This document shows, in pieces, positions 9,416 through 19,304 of a stretch of 64,000 nucleotides of DNA. Every line of letters begins with the position of its first letter. Within the stretch, counting starts at the first letter, position 1. The DNA comes from Abditibacteriaceae bacterium. Lineage in GTDB: Bacteria; Armatimonadota; Abditibacteriia; Abditibacteriales; Abditibacteriaceae. The notes under the pieces are model-generated. The model was not told the origin of the DNA. It did no database searches and worked only from the letters and a program-made list of their open reading frames with translations. The position numbers and the translations under genes are program-made. The stretch is taken from positions 9,625 through 73,624 of the forward strand of contig JANPJS010000034.1 in the NCBI GenBank assembly GCA_031425655.1, in the 5' to 3' direction.

Positions 9416-10500
9416 GTGTCGAGTCCCAATGCCTTGCGCACCGCTTCAACCGGCACGTCGGCGAATTTTTCGACGTGGCCCATGCGCGTCGGCAAGATGA
9501 AATTCAAACTTTTGCCGCGCGATTTTTTATCCAACGCCATCGCCGCGAAAATTTCGGCTTCTTCCGCGCCCGGCGGCACTTGTGTCGGCAACCCGGCGCG
9601 CTGGAAAAGCCGCGTTTGGCGCGTGATTAGATTATCGGCTTCGTTTGCGGGCATCGCAGTAAGAATCTTCGCCAAGCGCGCCGCGACGGTCATGCCGATG
9701 GCAATCGCTTCGCCGTGCAGCAGTTCTCCGTAACTGGTAATCGCCTCAAAAGCGTGGCCTGCGGTGTGCCCGTAATTGAGAATCGCGCGCCGTCCGATAG
9801 AATCGCTTTCACGCTCGTCCTCGCCCACGACTTCGGCTTTGATTTCACAGCTTCGCGCGATGATTTTTTCCAAAACCGTCATGTCTAAGGCCAGCGCGGC
9901 GTCGAGATTGTCTTCCAGCCACGCGAAAAAATCGGCGTCGGCGATGACGCCATATTTAATCACTTCAGCCAGCCCCGCACGCAATTCTCGCGGCGACAAA
10001 GTTTGCAAGCAAAGCGGGTCAATAATCACTTCGTGGGGTTGATGAAAGGCGCCGATGAGGTTTTTGGCGCGCAGATGGTTGACGCCGGTTTTGCCGCCGA
10101 CGCTGGAATCTACCATCGCCAAAAGCGTAGTCGGCACTTGATAGAAGGGCACGCCGCGCATCCACGTCGCCGCCACGAATCCGGCCCAGTCGCCGACAAC
10201 TCCGCCGCCCACAGCGACAACCGCGCCGCGCCGCGTGAAGCCGTTTTCGGCTAAAGCGTCGTAAGCGCGGCTCGTCCAATCGAGGCTTTTGGAGGCTTCT
10301 CCCGCAGGCGCGTTGAACTGCAAAATGCGCCGATTGGTTTTCAAGCGCGCCGCCAAAGCGTCGGCGTAAAGCGGCGCGACACTTTCGTTGGATAAAACGG
10401 CCAGTTCGTCCGGCCAAAGCTCGCCGCAAGTTTGCAGAATGCCGGCTTCGATGCGAATTGAATAAGAGCGCTCGCCCAGCGGCACATGGATGATGGTCAC
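9412..10500 (-). CDS. aroB: 3-dehydroquinate synthase
   Basis: 362 aa. Contains GGGVVGDWAGFVAATWMRGVPFYQVPTTLLAMVDSSVGGKTGVN and the metal-binding HGEAIAIG region, both typical of AroB. Confidence 0.9.
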   Translation of the reverse strand: MTIIHVPLGERSYSIRIEAGILQTCGELWPDELAVLSNESVAPLYADALAARLKTNRRILQFNAPAGEASKSLDWTSRAYDALAENGFTRRGAVVAVGGGVVGDWAGFVAATWMRGVPFYQVPTTLLAMVDSSVGGKTGVNHLRAKNLIGAFHQPHEVIIDPLCLQTLSPRELRAGLAEVIKYGVIADADFFAWLEDNLDAALALDMTVLEKIIARSCEIKAEVVGEDERESDSIGRRAILNYGHTAGHAFEAITSYGELLHGEAIAIGMTVAARLAKILTAMPANEADNLITRQTRLFQRAGLPTQVPPGAEEAEIFAAMALDKKSRGKSLNFILPTRMGHVEKFADVPVEAVRKALGLDT

Positions 10501-10560
10501 AGGGGAATTTTAGCCGAAAACTGCGCCCATTCGCGCCGATGAAGGTGTCAAAGCGCAACT

Positions 10561-13551
10561 ATGCGTAAATTTCTCCTCGGATTCGTGCTGCTTTTTTGCG
10601 CGCCATTGTGCGCTCAAGACACGAAATTAAGCGAAGGTGCCGACTTGCAAATCTTCGGACGCGGCGCGGCTTCCGGGCAATTTGAACTGCTGCGCGACAT
10701 CACTTTCGATGCGCCGGGCAATCTTTATGTGCTTGACGGCGGCGAATTTCAAAAAGACGCGAAGCAGGGCAATTTTCGCGTGCAAAAATTCGACGCGGCG
10801 GGCAAATTCGCTGCGGAGTTTTCCGTTTGGAACGAAGCTCTCGGCGTCAAAAACAACCCGCAGCGGTTGGCGGTTGACGCGGCGGGAAATATCTACGTCA
10901 CGCAGCCAAGCGCCGACATCGTGCAGCAATTTTCGCCCGACGGAAAGCTGCTGCAAAACATCGCTTTACCGCGCGCGATGGGCATTGCGCGAGTCGGAAA
11001 TAATGTCGCCGCCATCGCCAGCCGCAACGACGTGGTCAATGGGAAATGGACGTGGCAAGGTGGCGAATCCATCGTTTTGCTGCCGGAAAATAAAGCGGTC
11101 TCATTGGAAAAGCGCCTGAATAATGTGCAGGATTTGGACGTTGACAAGCTTGGCAATTTTTACGTTTTAGCGGCGATAAATCAGATTTATAAATTCAGTC
11201 CCGACGGAAAATTATTGGGCGTCATCGGGGCGGGAGCCAACACGCGCAACGCCGACGGCAGCGAGCCGCTGCACAGCGTTGCGGTCAACGCAAAAGGCGA
11301 AGTTTTCACAATGACGTGGGGCAATCCCGGCCTGCTGACGCGCTACGATTCGCAGCTTAAAACCGTAACGCAGCGCGAAGGCCAATTCAAATGGGGTGAT
11401 CCGTGGAGCACACATTCGGGCTATGTGCCGCTTGCGGTTGACTCGCAAGATCGCGTCTGGGTAGCGTCCACGCAGCGCCACGATCCCAAAGGCCCAAACT
11501 TCCCAAAATACCACGTCAGCCCGGCCATTTCGCGCCTGACAACCGATTATCTCGATACCGATAAAAGCGGCACCACGCGCCGTTCGATGCTGCTTTTGGG
11601 CTTCAAGCCGCAACTGCAAATCAAGCTGCCTTACAACATTGCTTACGAGCCAAAACAGCCGATCAATTGCGAATTTATCGTGGCGCCCGCCAATCGACGC
11701 GTTAAGGAAGTTCAGGTCGCGTGGCACGTTTACGACGTTTATAAAAAAGAGTGGGGCAAAGGCGATTTCAAAGTTGCGCTCAAAGATGGCGAAGAAGCGC
11801 GCACTAATTTCACGTTCACGCCGCCGCGCTTTGGCTGGTTCACCGTCGAGGCCGAAATTAGCGCCAACGGCGAGCGTTTGCTGGGCATCGGCGCGCACGG
11901 CGGAGTTACGCCGCGCTACGCCAATATGCCGGTGCTTAATGAAGGCGATTCGCCCGGCGGATGGGAAGACGCGCCGCGCCAGATGTTTTCGGGCCTGCCA
12001 ATGATGCGCCTGCATCCCGGCAAAAGTCTGGATAAGTTCGACAAAGATTTGCAGTTCGCCGACAAATGGGGCGCTTTTGTTTTCGCGCAACTCACCGACA
12101 ACAAAAACAACTTCACCGTCGAATACGCGCGCCCGATTATCGAGCGTTTCAAGGGCCGCGTGAAATTTTGGGAGTTGATGAACGAGCCGAATTTTTCGAT
12201 GTCGCCCGAAGAATACGTCAAAGGCGCGCAGCCGCTTTACGACATGATTCACCAGCTTGACCCGGCGGCGAAAGTGCTTGGCCCGGCGATTGTCAGCCTC
12301 GATTTGGGCTGGATGGAGCGTTTTTACAAAGCCGGCGGCAAAACGACGTGCGACATTCTTTCGATGCACGATTACGAAGGCCACGAAAGCATTGATCCGA
12401 CGCACTGGCAGTGGAAAATCTCCGCGCTGCGCAAGCTGATGGCGCAATTCGGCGACGACAAAAAGGAAATCTGGCAAACCGAACGTGCGATTTGCGGCGT
12501 GCGCGGCGATAACTTTCTTGGCCCGGCCCAAGCCGTGCGCGTGACGCTGCACCGCAACCTCTTGGAAACCCTTGGCATCCCACCGCTGCACAACAGCCAC
12601 TATTATCTCAATGAAGGCGGCTATGGCCCTGTCCCGACCTATTTGTGGTCAAGCAGCGGCCCGCATCCCGGCGCGCTGGCGCTGCGAACGCGCGAAGCGA
12701 TGACAAAGGGCAAAAAGTTCGTCGGCACGCTGGATTTCGGGCCAACCGGAAACAAAATGGTGCTGGGGTTGCGTTATGATGGGCCGGATGGCTCGGTGTA
12801 TGTAATTCAGAATCTGGGAACGGATGTAGTGCTGCCGCTTGTTTTTCAAATTGGCGCCAACGTGAAAATGAAGGTAAGCGATAGTTTTGGCAACGAAGCT
12901 CAATTCAAATTCGATAGGGCTTTTCCGATGATTACCCTCGAACAATTGCCGCAATATGTTTTCATTGAGCCGGGCCAGAAGTTGCAGATGGCCGAAATGG
13001 ATTGGATGGATATGGGACAGAACCTCGCGTCGCAGGCCAAGTTTTCCTATTCCGGCAAGACCGAAAGCGATTTCGCGCTGCTGAACAACGGCGTGATGGA
13101 AACCATTCACGCCGGCAACCCGAACGGCGGCACCGACGGCAAAAAAATCTGGCAGGGCGAGCTAAACGGCGCGCCGCAAACGCTGGGAATCTCATTCGAT
13201 GCGCCGAAAAAAATCCAATACGTCGTGCTTTTTGGTGTGCGCCCGGACAACGCCTTTTGCTCACTGCTTGATTACGACTTGCAAGTTCGGCAAGGTTCGC
13301 AGTGGAAAACCATGCAACAGCCACGCAAAAAGGTGCCGCAGTCCGATGCGGTCAACACCTCCGGCAGCAAAGCGAGCATTTGGATGTTGGACGGCAATTT
13401 CTCCGTTTACTCCTTCGATGCGGTGACCACCGACAAAATTCGCCTCGTCGCGCGCCGCACCAGCTTCGGCTTTCTGCCGGACGAAACCGTCAAAGCGTGG
13501 GGCAACCAGATTCCCGCCAAACTGATGCTGCGCGAAATTGAGATTTATTGA
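10561..13551 (+). CDS. secreted multidomain protein: NHL-type repeats + clan GH-A-like TIM barrel + C-terminal discoidin (F5/8 type C)-like domain
   Basis: Signal peptide MRKFLLGFVLLFCAPLCAQD. N-terminal repeats read G.FY/IYV.D. The central FWELMNEPN and EIWQTERA are acid/base- and nucleophile-like motifs. The tail resembles galactose-binding domains. Confidence 0.7.
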   Translation: MRKFLLGFVLLFCAPLCAQDTKLSEGADLQIFGRGAASGQFELLRDITFDAPGNLYVLDGGEFQKDAKQGNFRVQKFDAAGKFAAEFSVWNEALGVKNNPQRLAVDAAGNIYVTQPSADIVQQFSPDGKLLQNIALPRAMGIARVGNNVAAIASRNDVVNGKWTWQGGESIVLLPENKAVSLEKRLNNVQDLDVDKLGNFYVLAAINQIYKFSPDGKLLGVIGAGANTRNADGSEPLHSVAVNAKGEVFTMTWGNPGLLTRYDSQLKTVTQREGQFKWGDPWSTHSGYVPLAVDSQDRVWVASTQRHDPKGPNFPKYHVSPAISRLTTDYLDTDKSGTTRRSMLLLGFKPQLQIKLPYNIAYEPKQPINCEFIVAPANRRVKEVQVAWHVYDVYKKEWGKGDFKVALKDGEEARTNFTFTPPRFGWFTVEAEISANGERLLGIGAHGGVTPRYANMPVLNEGDSPGGWEDAPRQMFSGLPMMRLHPGKSLDKFDKDLQFADKWGAFVFAQLTDNKNNFTVEYARPIIERFKGRVKFWELMNEPNFSMSPEEYVKGAQPLYDMIHQLDPAAKVLGPAIVSLDLGWMERFYKAGGKTTCDILSMHDYEGHESIDPTHWQWKISALRKLMAQFGDDKKEIWQTERAICGVRGDNFLGPAQAVRVTLHRNLLETLGIPPLHNSHYYLNEGGYGPVPTYLWSSSGPHPGALALRTREAMTKGKKFVGTLDFGPTGNKMVLGLRYDGPDGSVYVIQNLGTDVVLPLVFQIGANVKMKVSDSFGNEAQFKFDRAFPMITLEQLPQYVFIEPGQKLQMAEMDWMDMGQNLASQAKFSYSGKTESDFALLNNGVMETIHAGNPNGGTDGKKIWQGELNGAPQTLGISFDAPKKIQYVVLFGVRPDNAFCSLLDYDLQVRQGSQWKTMQQPRKKVPQSDAVNTSGSKASIWMLDGNFSVYSFDAVTTDKIRLVARRTSFGFLPDETVKAWGNQIPAKLMLREIEIY

Positions 13552-13572
13552 GCGCGGCACGGTGAGCAACCC

Positions 13573-15054
13573 ATGACTACTGCGGAGAAATTAGAAGCGC
13601 GCAAACGGCAGGGAGAACTTGGTCAGTTCTTCACGCCGGCACCGCTTGCTGATTTCATGGCGTCGCTGTTTGGCCCGTTGCCCGCTGCGGTGCGGCTTTT
13701 GGATGCAGGAGCCGGGGCCAGCGCATTGACCAGAGCGTTCGTCGAGAGGTTGAGTCGGCAGAAAGACGGCGTCGTCACCGTCGAAGCCACGCTTTACGAG
13801 ATTGACCCGCTGCTTTTGGACGATCTCACGGCCACGATGCGCGATTGCGAGCGCATTTGCGACCGTGCCGGAATCGGCTTCACCTACGCCATCCATTCGG
13901 CCAACTTCATCGAGGCAACGTCGGCAAGTCTGGCGGGAAATCTGTTCGCTGCGCCGCCGCCCGCTTTCGATGCCGCCATCGTGAATCCGCCTTATCGCAA
14001 GATCAACTCCGCCTCCGCCGAACGGCGCGCTTTGCGCTCGGCGGGAGTCGAAACGAGCAATCTTTACACGGGATTCATTGCCCTTATTCAGAGGTTGCTC
14101 GTTCCGGGCGGGCAACTCGTCGGCATTACGCCGCGCAGTTTTTGCAACGGTCGCTACTTTCGTCCCTTCCGCGAGGATTTTCTGAGCAATCTCGAACTTC
14201 GCAGGCTGCACGTTTTCGAGTCGCGCTCAACCGCGTTCCGCAGCGACGACGTTTTGCAGGAAAACGTCATTTTTCACGTTGCGAAGGGCAAAAATCAGCC
14301 ACCCGAAGTGGTTGTTTCCAGCAGCAGCGGCGAAGGCGACGGCGCGGTGATCGAGACGGTCGTGCCCTTTGCCGACGTGGTTCATCGGCATGAAAAGGAA
14401 AAATTCATCCATATTCCGTCGGCCTCAATGCAAACTGCGGCAAGGCAAACGATGAGCGGCTTGAGTTCGACTCTTGAATCTTTGGGGGTTTCGGTTTCGA
14501 CCGGACGTGTCGTTGATTTTCGCCTGAAAAACGCTCTGCGTCAGGCGCCGGAGGGGGGAACGGCGCCTCTCGTCTATCCCTGCCACTTCAACGGCGGCAC
14601 GATTCACTGGCCCAAACTCGATGGCCGCAAGCCCAATGCCATTTTAGACACGCCGGAGACGCGGCCCTGGTTGGTGCCGTCCGGCGTTTATTTGCTGACC
14701 AAACGCTTTACCTCCAAAGAAGAGCGCCGCCGTCTGGTGGCCTGCCTCTTCGACCGGGACGACGTGCAGGCGGAATGGCTTGGTTTCGAGAACCATTTGA
14801 ACTACTTTCACGAGAGCGGGCATGGACTCGAACGCAGCCTCGCACTGGGACTCTTTGCATTTTTGAACTCAACTCTGGTTGACCAGTATTTTCGGCGTTT
14901 CAGTGGCAACACGCAGGTCAACGCCACCGACCTTCGCAGCCTGCCATACCCCGACCGCGCTTGCCTGCAGGCGATGGGAAATGCCATGATGGCGATTGAC
15001 TTTACGCAAGGCGAGATTGACGCTCTGGTGGCGAAGCACATCCATACCAAGTGA
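13573..15054 (+). CDS. type II N6-adenine DNA methyltransferase, PstI/BsuBI (Eco57I-like gamma class) type
   Basis: GQFFTP (motif X), LLDAGAGASAL (motif I) and IVNPPYRK (motif IV) occur in gamma order. At 493 aa it is close to M.PstI/M.BsuBI in size. It is paired with a BsuBI/PstI-like endonuclease gene. Confidence 0.8.
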   Translation: MTTAEKLEARKRQGELGQFFTPAPLADFMASLFGPLPAAVRLLDAGAGASALTRAFVERLSRQKDGVVTVEATLYEIDPLLLDDLTATMRDCERICDRAGIGFTYAIHSANFIEATSASLAGNLFAAPPPAFDAAIVNPPYRKINSASAERRALRSAGVETSNLYTGFIALIQRLLVPGGQLVGITPRSFCNGRYFRPFREDFLSNLELRRLHVFESRSTAFRSDDVLQENVIFHVAKGKNQPPEVVVSSSSGEGDGAVIETVVPFADVVHRHEKEKFIHIPSASMQTAARQTMSGLSSTLESLGVSVSTGRVVDFRLKNALRQAPEGGTAPLVYPCHFNGGTIHWPKLDGRKPNAILDTPETRPWLVPSGVYLLTKRFTSKEERRRLVACLFDRDDVQAEWLGFENHLNYFHESGHGLERSLALGLFAFLNSTLVDQYFRRFSGNTQVNATDLRSLPYPDRACLQAMGNAMMAIDFTQGEIDALVAKHIHTK

Positions 15055-16042
15055 AAAGCCCCTCCGCAAGGACGCCATCAGAAAGCGCCGCCTCGCTGAG
15101 GCCGTTGAGGTTCTGAGCGCCTTGCAGTTTGCTCCCAAGCAAAGGAACGAGACCGCCGCTTATACACTGCTGGCGCTGCTGGGTCTCCAATGTGATTCTT
15201 CGTTGTCAGCCGCGCAGGCGCCGCTCTGCGGCATCACCCCGATAATTGGCTTCATCGCCGGATCGTATGGCGTGCGCTATGCGCCCAACACCCGCGAGAC
15301 GATCCGCGACGATGCCGTCAAATTCTTCGTGGAGTCCGGCTTGCTGCTTCGCAACCCTGACGACCCCGAACGTCCAACCAACAGCGGCAAGACGGTCTAT
15401 CATATCGAGCCTTCCGCTCTGGCTCTGCTTCGCAAATTCGGAAGCCCCGATTGGCCGGATGCTTTGCAGCAATACCTTGCCAGCCGTGAGGACATCAAAA
15501 ACGAGATTGCGCGGAAGAGGAATTTGGCGCGTGTGCCCGTCACGCTGCCGGACGGCTCACAAGTCGCGCTTTCGCCCGGCGGCCAGAATCCTCTCATCAA
15601 GGCGATCATCGAGCAATTTTGCCCGGCCTTCGCACCCGGCGGCGTGGTGATTTACATCGGCGACACGGAAAACAAATTCGTTCACCTCGAAACCGAGAAT
15701 CTGGCCATGTTGGGCGTGACTTTGGATTCTGCGGCCAAAATTCCCGATGTCATCGTGCATTTTGCCGCGAAAAATTGGCTGCTGCTCATTGAAGCCGTCA
15801 CCAGCGCCGGGCCGGTAGACGGCAAACGGCGCAAGGAACTCAAGGACTTATTCGCAGGCTGCAAAGCGGGCTTGGTCTTCGTGACCGCCTTCGAGACTCG
15901 GCGCACGATGCAGTCCTTTTTATCGCACATCGCATGGGAATCCGAAGTTTGGATTGCCGAAGACCCAGATCACATGCTCCATTTCGACGGAAAGCGCTTT
16001 CTGGGGCCGTATCCCGACGTTATGCCACCCGTTGCCAACTGA
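14996..16042 (+). CDS. BsuBI/PstI-family type II restriction endonuclease
   Basis: The C-terminal half (SPGGQNPLIKAIIEQFCPAFAPGGVVIYIGDT...PDVIVH...WLLLIEAVTSAGPVD...VFVTAFETR...IAWESEVWIAEDPDHMLHFDGKRFLGPY) matches my recollection of the BsuBI_PstI_RE family. There is no in-frame ATG. Candidate TTG starts are at 14996, 15017 and 15121; the first overlaps the methylase gene by 59 nt. Confidence 0.7.
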   Translation: MTLRKARLTLWWRSTSIPSEKPLRKDAIRKRRLAEAVEVLSALQFAPKQRNETAAYTLLALLGLQCDSSLSAAQAPLCGITPIIGFIAGSYGVRYAPNTRETIRDDAVKFFVESGLLLRNPDDPERPTNSGKTVYHIEPSALALLRKFGSPDWPDALQQYLASREDIKNEIARKRNLARVPVTLPDGSQVALSPGGQNPLIKAIIEQFCPAFAPGGVVIYIGDTENKFVHLETENLAMLGVTLDSAAKIPDVIVHFAAKNWLLLIEAVTSAGPVDGKRRKELKDLFAGCKAGLVFVTAFETRRTMQSFLSHIAWESEVWIAEDPDHMLHFDGKRFLGPYPDVMPPVAN

Positions 16043-16075
16043 AGCCCTTCTCAACAAATAAACTGACCCACCCAC

Positions 16076-19000
16076 ATGAAGAAACTGATTGCCGTTTTTG
16101 CCCTGATGTTAGCCGTCGCCCAATCAAGTCGTGCCGAACTGTCGCCCGCGAATCTGCGCTGCGAATACAAAGTCAATCCTGTGGGCGTTGGCGATGCGCA
16201 GCCGCGTTTGAGCTGGATTGTCGAGTCGAAACAGCGCGCCGAAAAGCAGACGGCGTATCAAATTTTGGCGGCGTCCAGCCTCGAAAATCTCAAGGCCAAA
16301 CGCGGCGATTTGTGGGACAGCGGCCAGATTAAATCGAACGCTACCGCGCAAATCGTATACGGCGGCAAGCCGCTCGGCAGCGCGCAAACCGCGTGGTGGC
16401 AGGTGCGCTCGTGGGACAAAAACGGCAAGTCGTCGCCGTTTAGCGCGCCCGCGCAGTGGACGATGGCGCTGCTCGACCCGGCGACGGAGTGGAAAGCGTC
16501 GTGGATCAACCTCGAAGCGTTGCCGGATCAGCCGAAAAGCGACGGCGCCAGTCCCAAAGGCGCCAACTGGATTTGGTTTCCCGAAGACGATCCCGCCGTC
16601 AGGGCGCCGGTCGCCACGCGTTATTTTCGCCTCGTGGTCAACGTGCCCGCCGATATCGGCATCGCCGCCGCGAAGCTGTCGCTGACCGCCGATGATCGCT
16701 GGACGGTGTGGTTCAACGGCAAGGAACTCGGCAAAAGCGGCACCGATGAATTCGCATGGCGCGACTTTAAAACCTTCGACGTGGCGAAGCTGGTGAAAAC
16801 CGGGCCGAACCTCATCGCTATCGAAGCGACCAACGCGACGGCCAGCCCCGCCGGTTTGCTGGCGAAGCTCACCATCGAATCGGCGCAGTGGGGCAAGCAT
16901 GAATTCGTCAGCGACGCGACGTGGAAAAGCGCGCAAACCGCGCCCGACGGCTGGCAAAACGTCGCTGGCGACGCCGGTTGGCAGTCGGCCAAAGTGCTGG
17001 CGGCGTATGGCGGCGGGCCGTGGATGGACACGGTCGGCGCCGGTGGCGCTAAAACCGGCGCGCCGCCGCCCAGCGCGTTTCTGCGCCGCACTTTTCGGGT
17101 GACAAAGCCGCTGCGCCGCGCCACTGCCTACGCGACTGCGCTCGGACTTTACGAACTGCACGTCAATGGAGCGCGCGTCGGCGACGACGTGTTCACGCCC
17201 GGTTGGACGGATTACAAAAAGCGCGTTTATTATCAAACTTACGACGTGACGCCGCTGCTGAAACAAGGCGCCAATGCAGTCGGCGCGATTTTAGGCGACG
17301 GCTGGGCGACAGGCCACGACGGCAACGGCGGGCGCGACCGCTACGGCTTGCATCGCCCGCATTTTAGCGGGCAAATCGTGCTGGATTACGCCGACGGCAC
17401 GCGCGAAGTCGTCGGTTCCGACACCAATTGGAAAGCCGCTTATGGCCCGATTGTTGAGCAAGACTTGCTCGATGGCGAGTTCTACGACGCCACACAGGAA
17501 CAAGCAGGCTGGGACACGCCGCAATTCGATGACGCCGCGTGGCAAAAGCCCGACATGATCGCCGCGCCGCAGATTAAAATCGAAGCGTATCCGGGCGTTC
17601 CGGTGCGCCGCCAACTTGAACTCAAGCCGAAAAAAATGACTCAGCCGAAGCCGGGCACTTACGTTTTCGATTTGGGACAGAACATGGTCGGCTGGGCGCG
17701 GTTGAACAATATCACGGCGCCGCGCGGCACCAAAATTCGCCTTCGCTTTGCCGAAATGCTGAACGCAGACGGCACGATTTACACCACCAATTTGCGCGGC
17801 GCGCGTTGCATTGACGAATACACTTGTCGCGGCGGCGCGCCTGAAACATGGGAGCCGCGCTTTACGTTTCACGGCTTCCGCTACGTTGAACTCACCGGCG
17901 TTCCAACCGCCACAGCCGACAGCGTGACCGGAATCGTGGTGCACTCCCAAATGCCGATGACAGGCGAATTTGCCTGCTCGAATCCCCTTGTCAACCAACT
18001 GCAAAGCAATATTCAATGGGGTCAGCGCGGCAATTTTCTCGAAGTGCCGACCGACTGCCCGCAACGCGACGAGCGCCTCGGCTGGATGGGTGACGCGCAG
18101 ATTTTCGTGAAAACCTCAACTTACAACGCCGATGTCGCCGGCTTTTTCAGTAAATGGATGGTAGATGTCGAAGACGGAATGCGCGGCGACGCTTTCCCCG
18201 ATGTGGCGCCCGACATTTGCTGCGGCGCGGGAACTCCGGCCTGGGCCGATGCCGGCGTGATCGTGCCGTGGACGATTTATCAGGTTTACGGCGATACGCG
18301 CATTCTCGAAAAGCACTACGGCGCGATGGCGCGCTACATCGAATGGATTCGCAAAAGCAACCCGGATTTGATCTGGAAAAATCGCGGCTCGGATTACGGC
18401 GACTGGCTTTCCATCGCCGCCGACACGCCCAAAGACGTGCTGGGAACCGCTTATTTCGCGTATTCAACCAGCCTTTTAGCCAAAATCGCGCACGCTCTCG
18501 GCAAAAACGACGACGCGCAAAAATACGAGGCGCTTTTCAACGGCATTAAAGCCGCTTTCAACAAGAATTTCGTGACCGCCGATGGACGCATCAAAGGCGA
18601 CACGCAAACCGATTACGTCTTGGCGTTGCGCTTCAATTTGCTGCCCGACGACAAGCGCGCTCAGGCCGCGCAACATCTGGTGGACGACATCGCCAAAAAG
18701 GGCAATCACCTTTCGACCGGCTTCGTTGGCGTCGGCTATTTGAATCCGGTTCTCACGCAAACCGGTCACGGCGATGTGGCCTATCAACTGCTGTTGCAGG
18801 ACACTTTTCCCTCGTGGGGCTACTCGATTCGCCAAGGCGCAACCACGATTTGGGAGCGTTGGGACGGCTATCGCGCCGACAAAGGCTTTCAAGACCCCGG
18901 CATGAATTCGTTCAACCATTATTCACTCGGCTCGGTCGGGCAGTGGATGTTTGAAAGCGTGGCCGGAATTGACGCCGACCCAAACCAGCCGGCCTTTTCG

Positions 19001-19297
19001 CACGTCATTTTGCGACCGCAGCCGGGCGGCGGCCTGACTTTCGCGCGCGGCGGCTTCGATTCGATACGCGGGCGCATCGAAAGCGGCTGGAAAATCGAAA
19101 ACGGCGTCTTTTCCTACAACGTGACGATTCCCGCCAACGCGACGGCGACGCTGTATTTGCCCGCCGCGCTGACCGCGAAAATCACCGAAGGCGGCAAAGC
19201 AGCGGATAAAGCCGACGGCGTGCAGTTCGTCAAGCACGAAAACGGCTCCGCGATTTACGAACTCGGTTCGGGCAGCTACGCTTTCGCGGTGCGATGA
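16076..19297 (+). CDS. alpha-L-rhamnosidase, glycoside hydrolase family 78
   Basis: Signal peptide, then LRCEYKVNPVGVGDAQPRLSW and the catalytic-domain hallmark EVPTDCPQRDERLGWMGDAQIF. 1073 aa. Confidence 0.9.
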   Translation: MKKLIAVFALMLAVAQSSRAELSPANLRCEYKVNPVGVGDAQPRLSWIVESKQRAEKQTAYQILAASSLENLKAKRGDLWDSGQIKSNATAQIVYGGKPLGSAQTAWWQVRSWDKNGKSSPFSAPAQWTMALLDPATEWKASWINLEALPDQPKSDGASPKGANWIWFPEDDPAVRAPVATRYFRLVVNVPADIGIAAAKLSLTADDRWTVWFNGKELGKSGTDEFAWRDFKTFDVAKLVKTGPNLIAIEATNATASPAGLLAKLTIESAQWGKHEFVSDATWKSAQTAPDGWQNVAGDAGWQSAKVLAAYGGGPWMDTVGAGGAKTGAPPPSAFLRRTFRVTKPLRRATAYATALGLYELHVNGARVGDDVFTPGWTDYKKRVYYQTYDVTPLLKQGANAVGAILGDGWATGHDGNGGRDRYGLHRPHFSGQIVLDYADGTREVVGSDTNWKAAYGPIVEQDLLDGEFYDATQEQAGWDTPQFDDAAWQKPDMIAAPQIKIEAYPGVPVRRQLELKPKKMTQPKPGTYVFDLGQNMVGWARLNNITAPRGTKIRLRFAEMLNADGTIYTTNLRGARCIDEYTCRGGAPETWEPRFTFHGFRYVELTGVPTATADSVTGIVVHSQMPMTGEFACSNPLVNQLQSNIQWGQRGNFLEVPTDCPQRDERLGWMGDAQIFVKTSTYNADVAGFFSKWMVDVEDGMRGDAFPDVAPDICCGAGTPAWADAGVIVPWTIYQVYGDTRILEKHYGAMARYIEWIRKSNPDLIWKNRGSDYGDWLSIAADTPKDVLGTAYFAYSTSLLAKIAHALGKNDDAQKYEALFNGIKAAFNKNFVTADGRIKGDTQTDYVLALRFNLLPDDKRAQAAQHLVDDIAKKGNHLSTGFVGVGYLNPVLTQTGHGDVAYQLLLQDTFPSWGYSIRQGATTIWERWDGYRADKGFQDPGMNSFNHYSLGSVGQWMFESVAGIDADPNQPAFSHVILRPQPGGGLTFARGGFDSIRGRIESGWKIENGVFSYNVTIPANATATLYLPAALTAKITEGGKAADKADGVQFVKHENGSAIYELGSGSYAFAVR

Positions 19298-19304
19298 AAG
19301 GAAC

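Noticed and set aside
11212-12600. 462-aa minus-strand ORF antisense to the 10561-13551 gene. Similar long antisense ORFs occur at 16124-17266, 26425-27474, 53171-54238, 38696-39451, 40359-41210, 58290-59129 and 62112-62834.
   Set aside because: These are Arg/Ala/Gly-rich, low-complexity translations with no motifs. Each lies opposite a gene with clear family signatures. They are typical shadow ORFs of GC-rich DNA.
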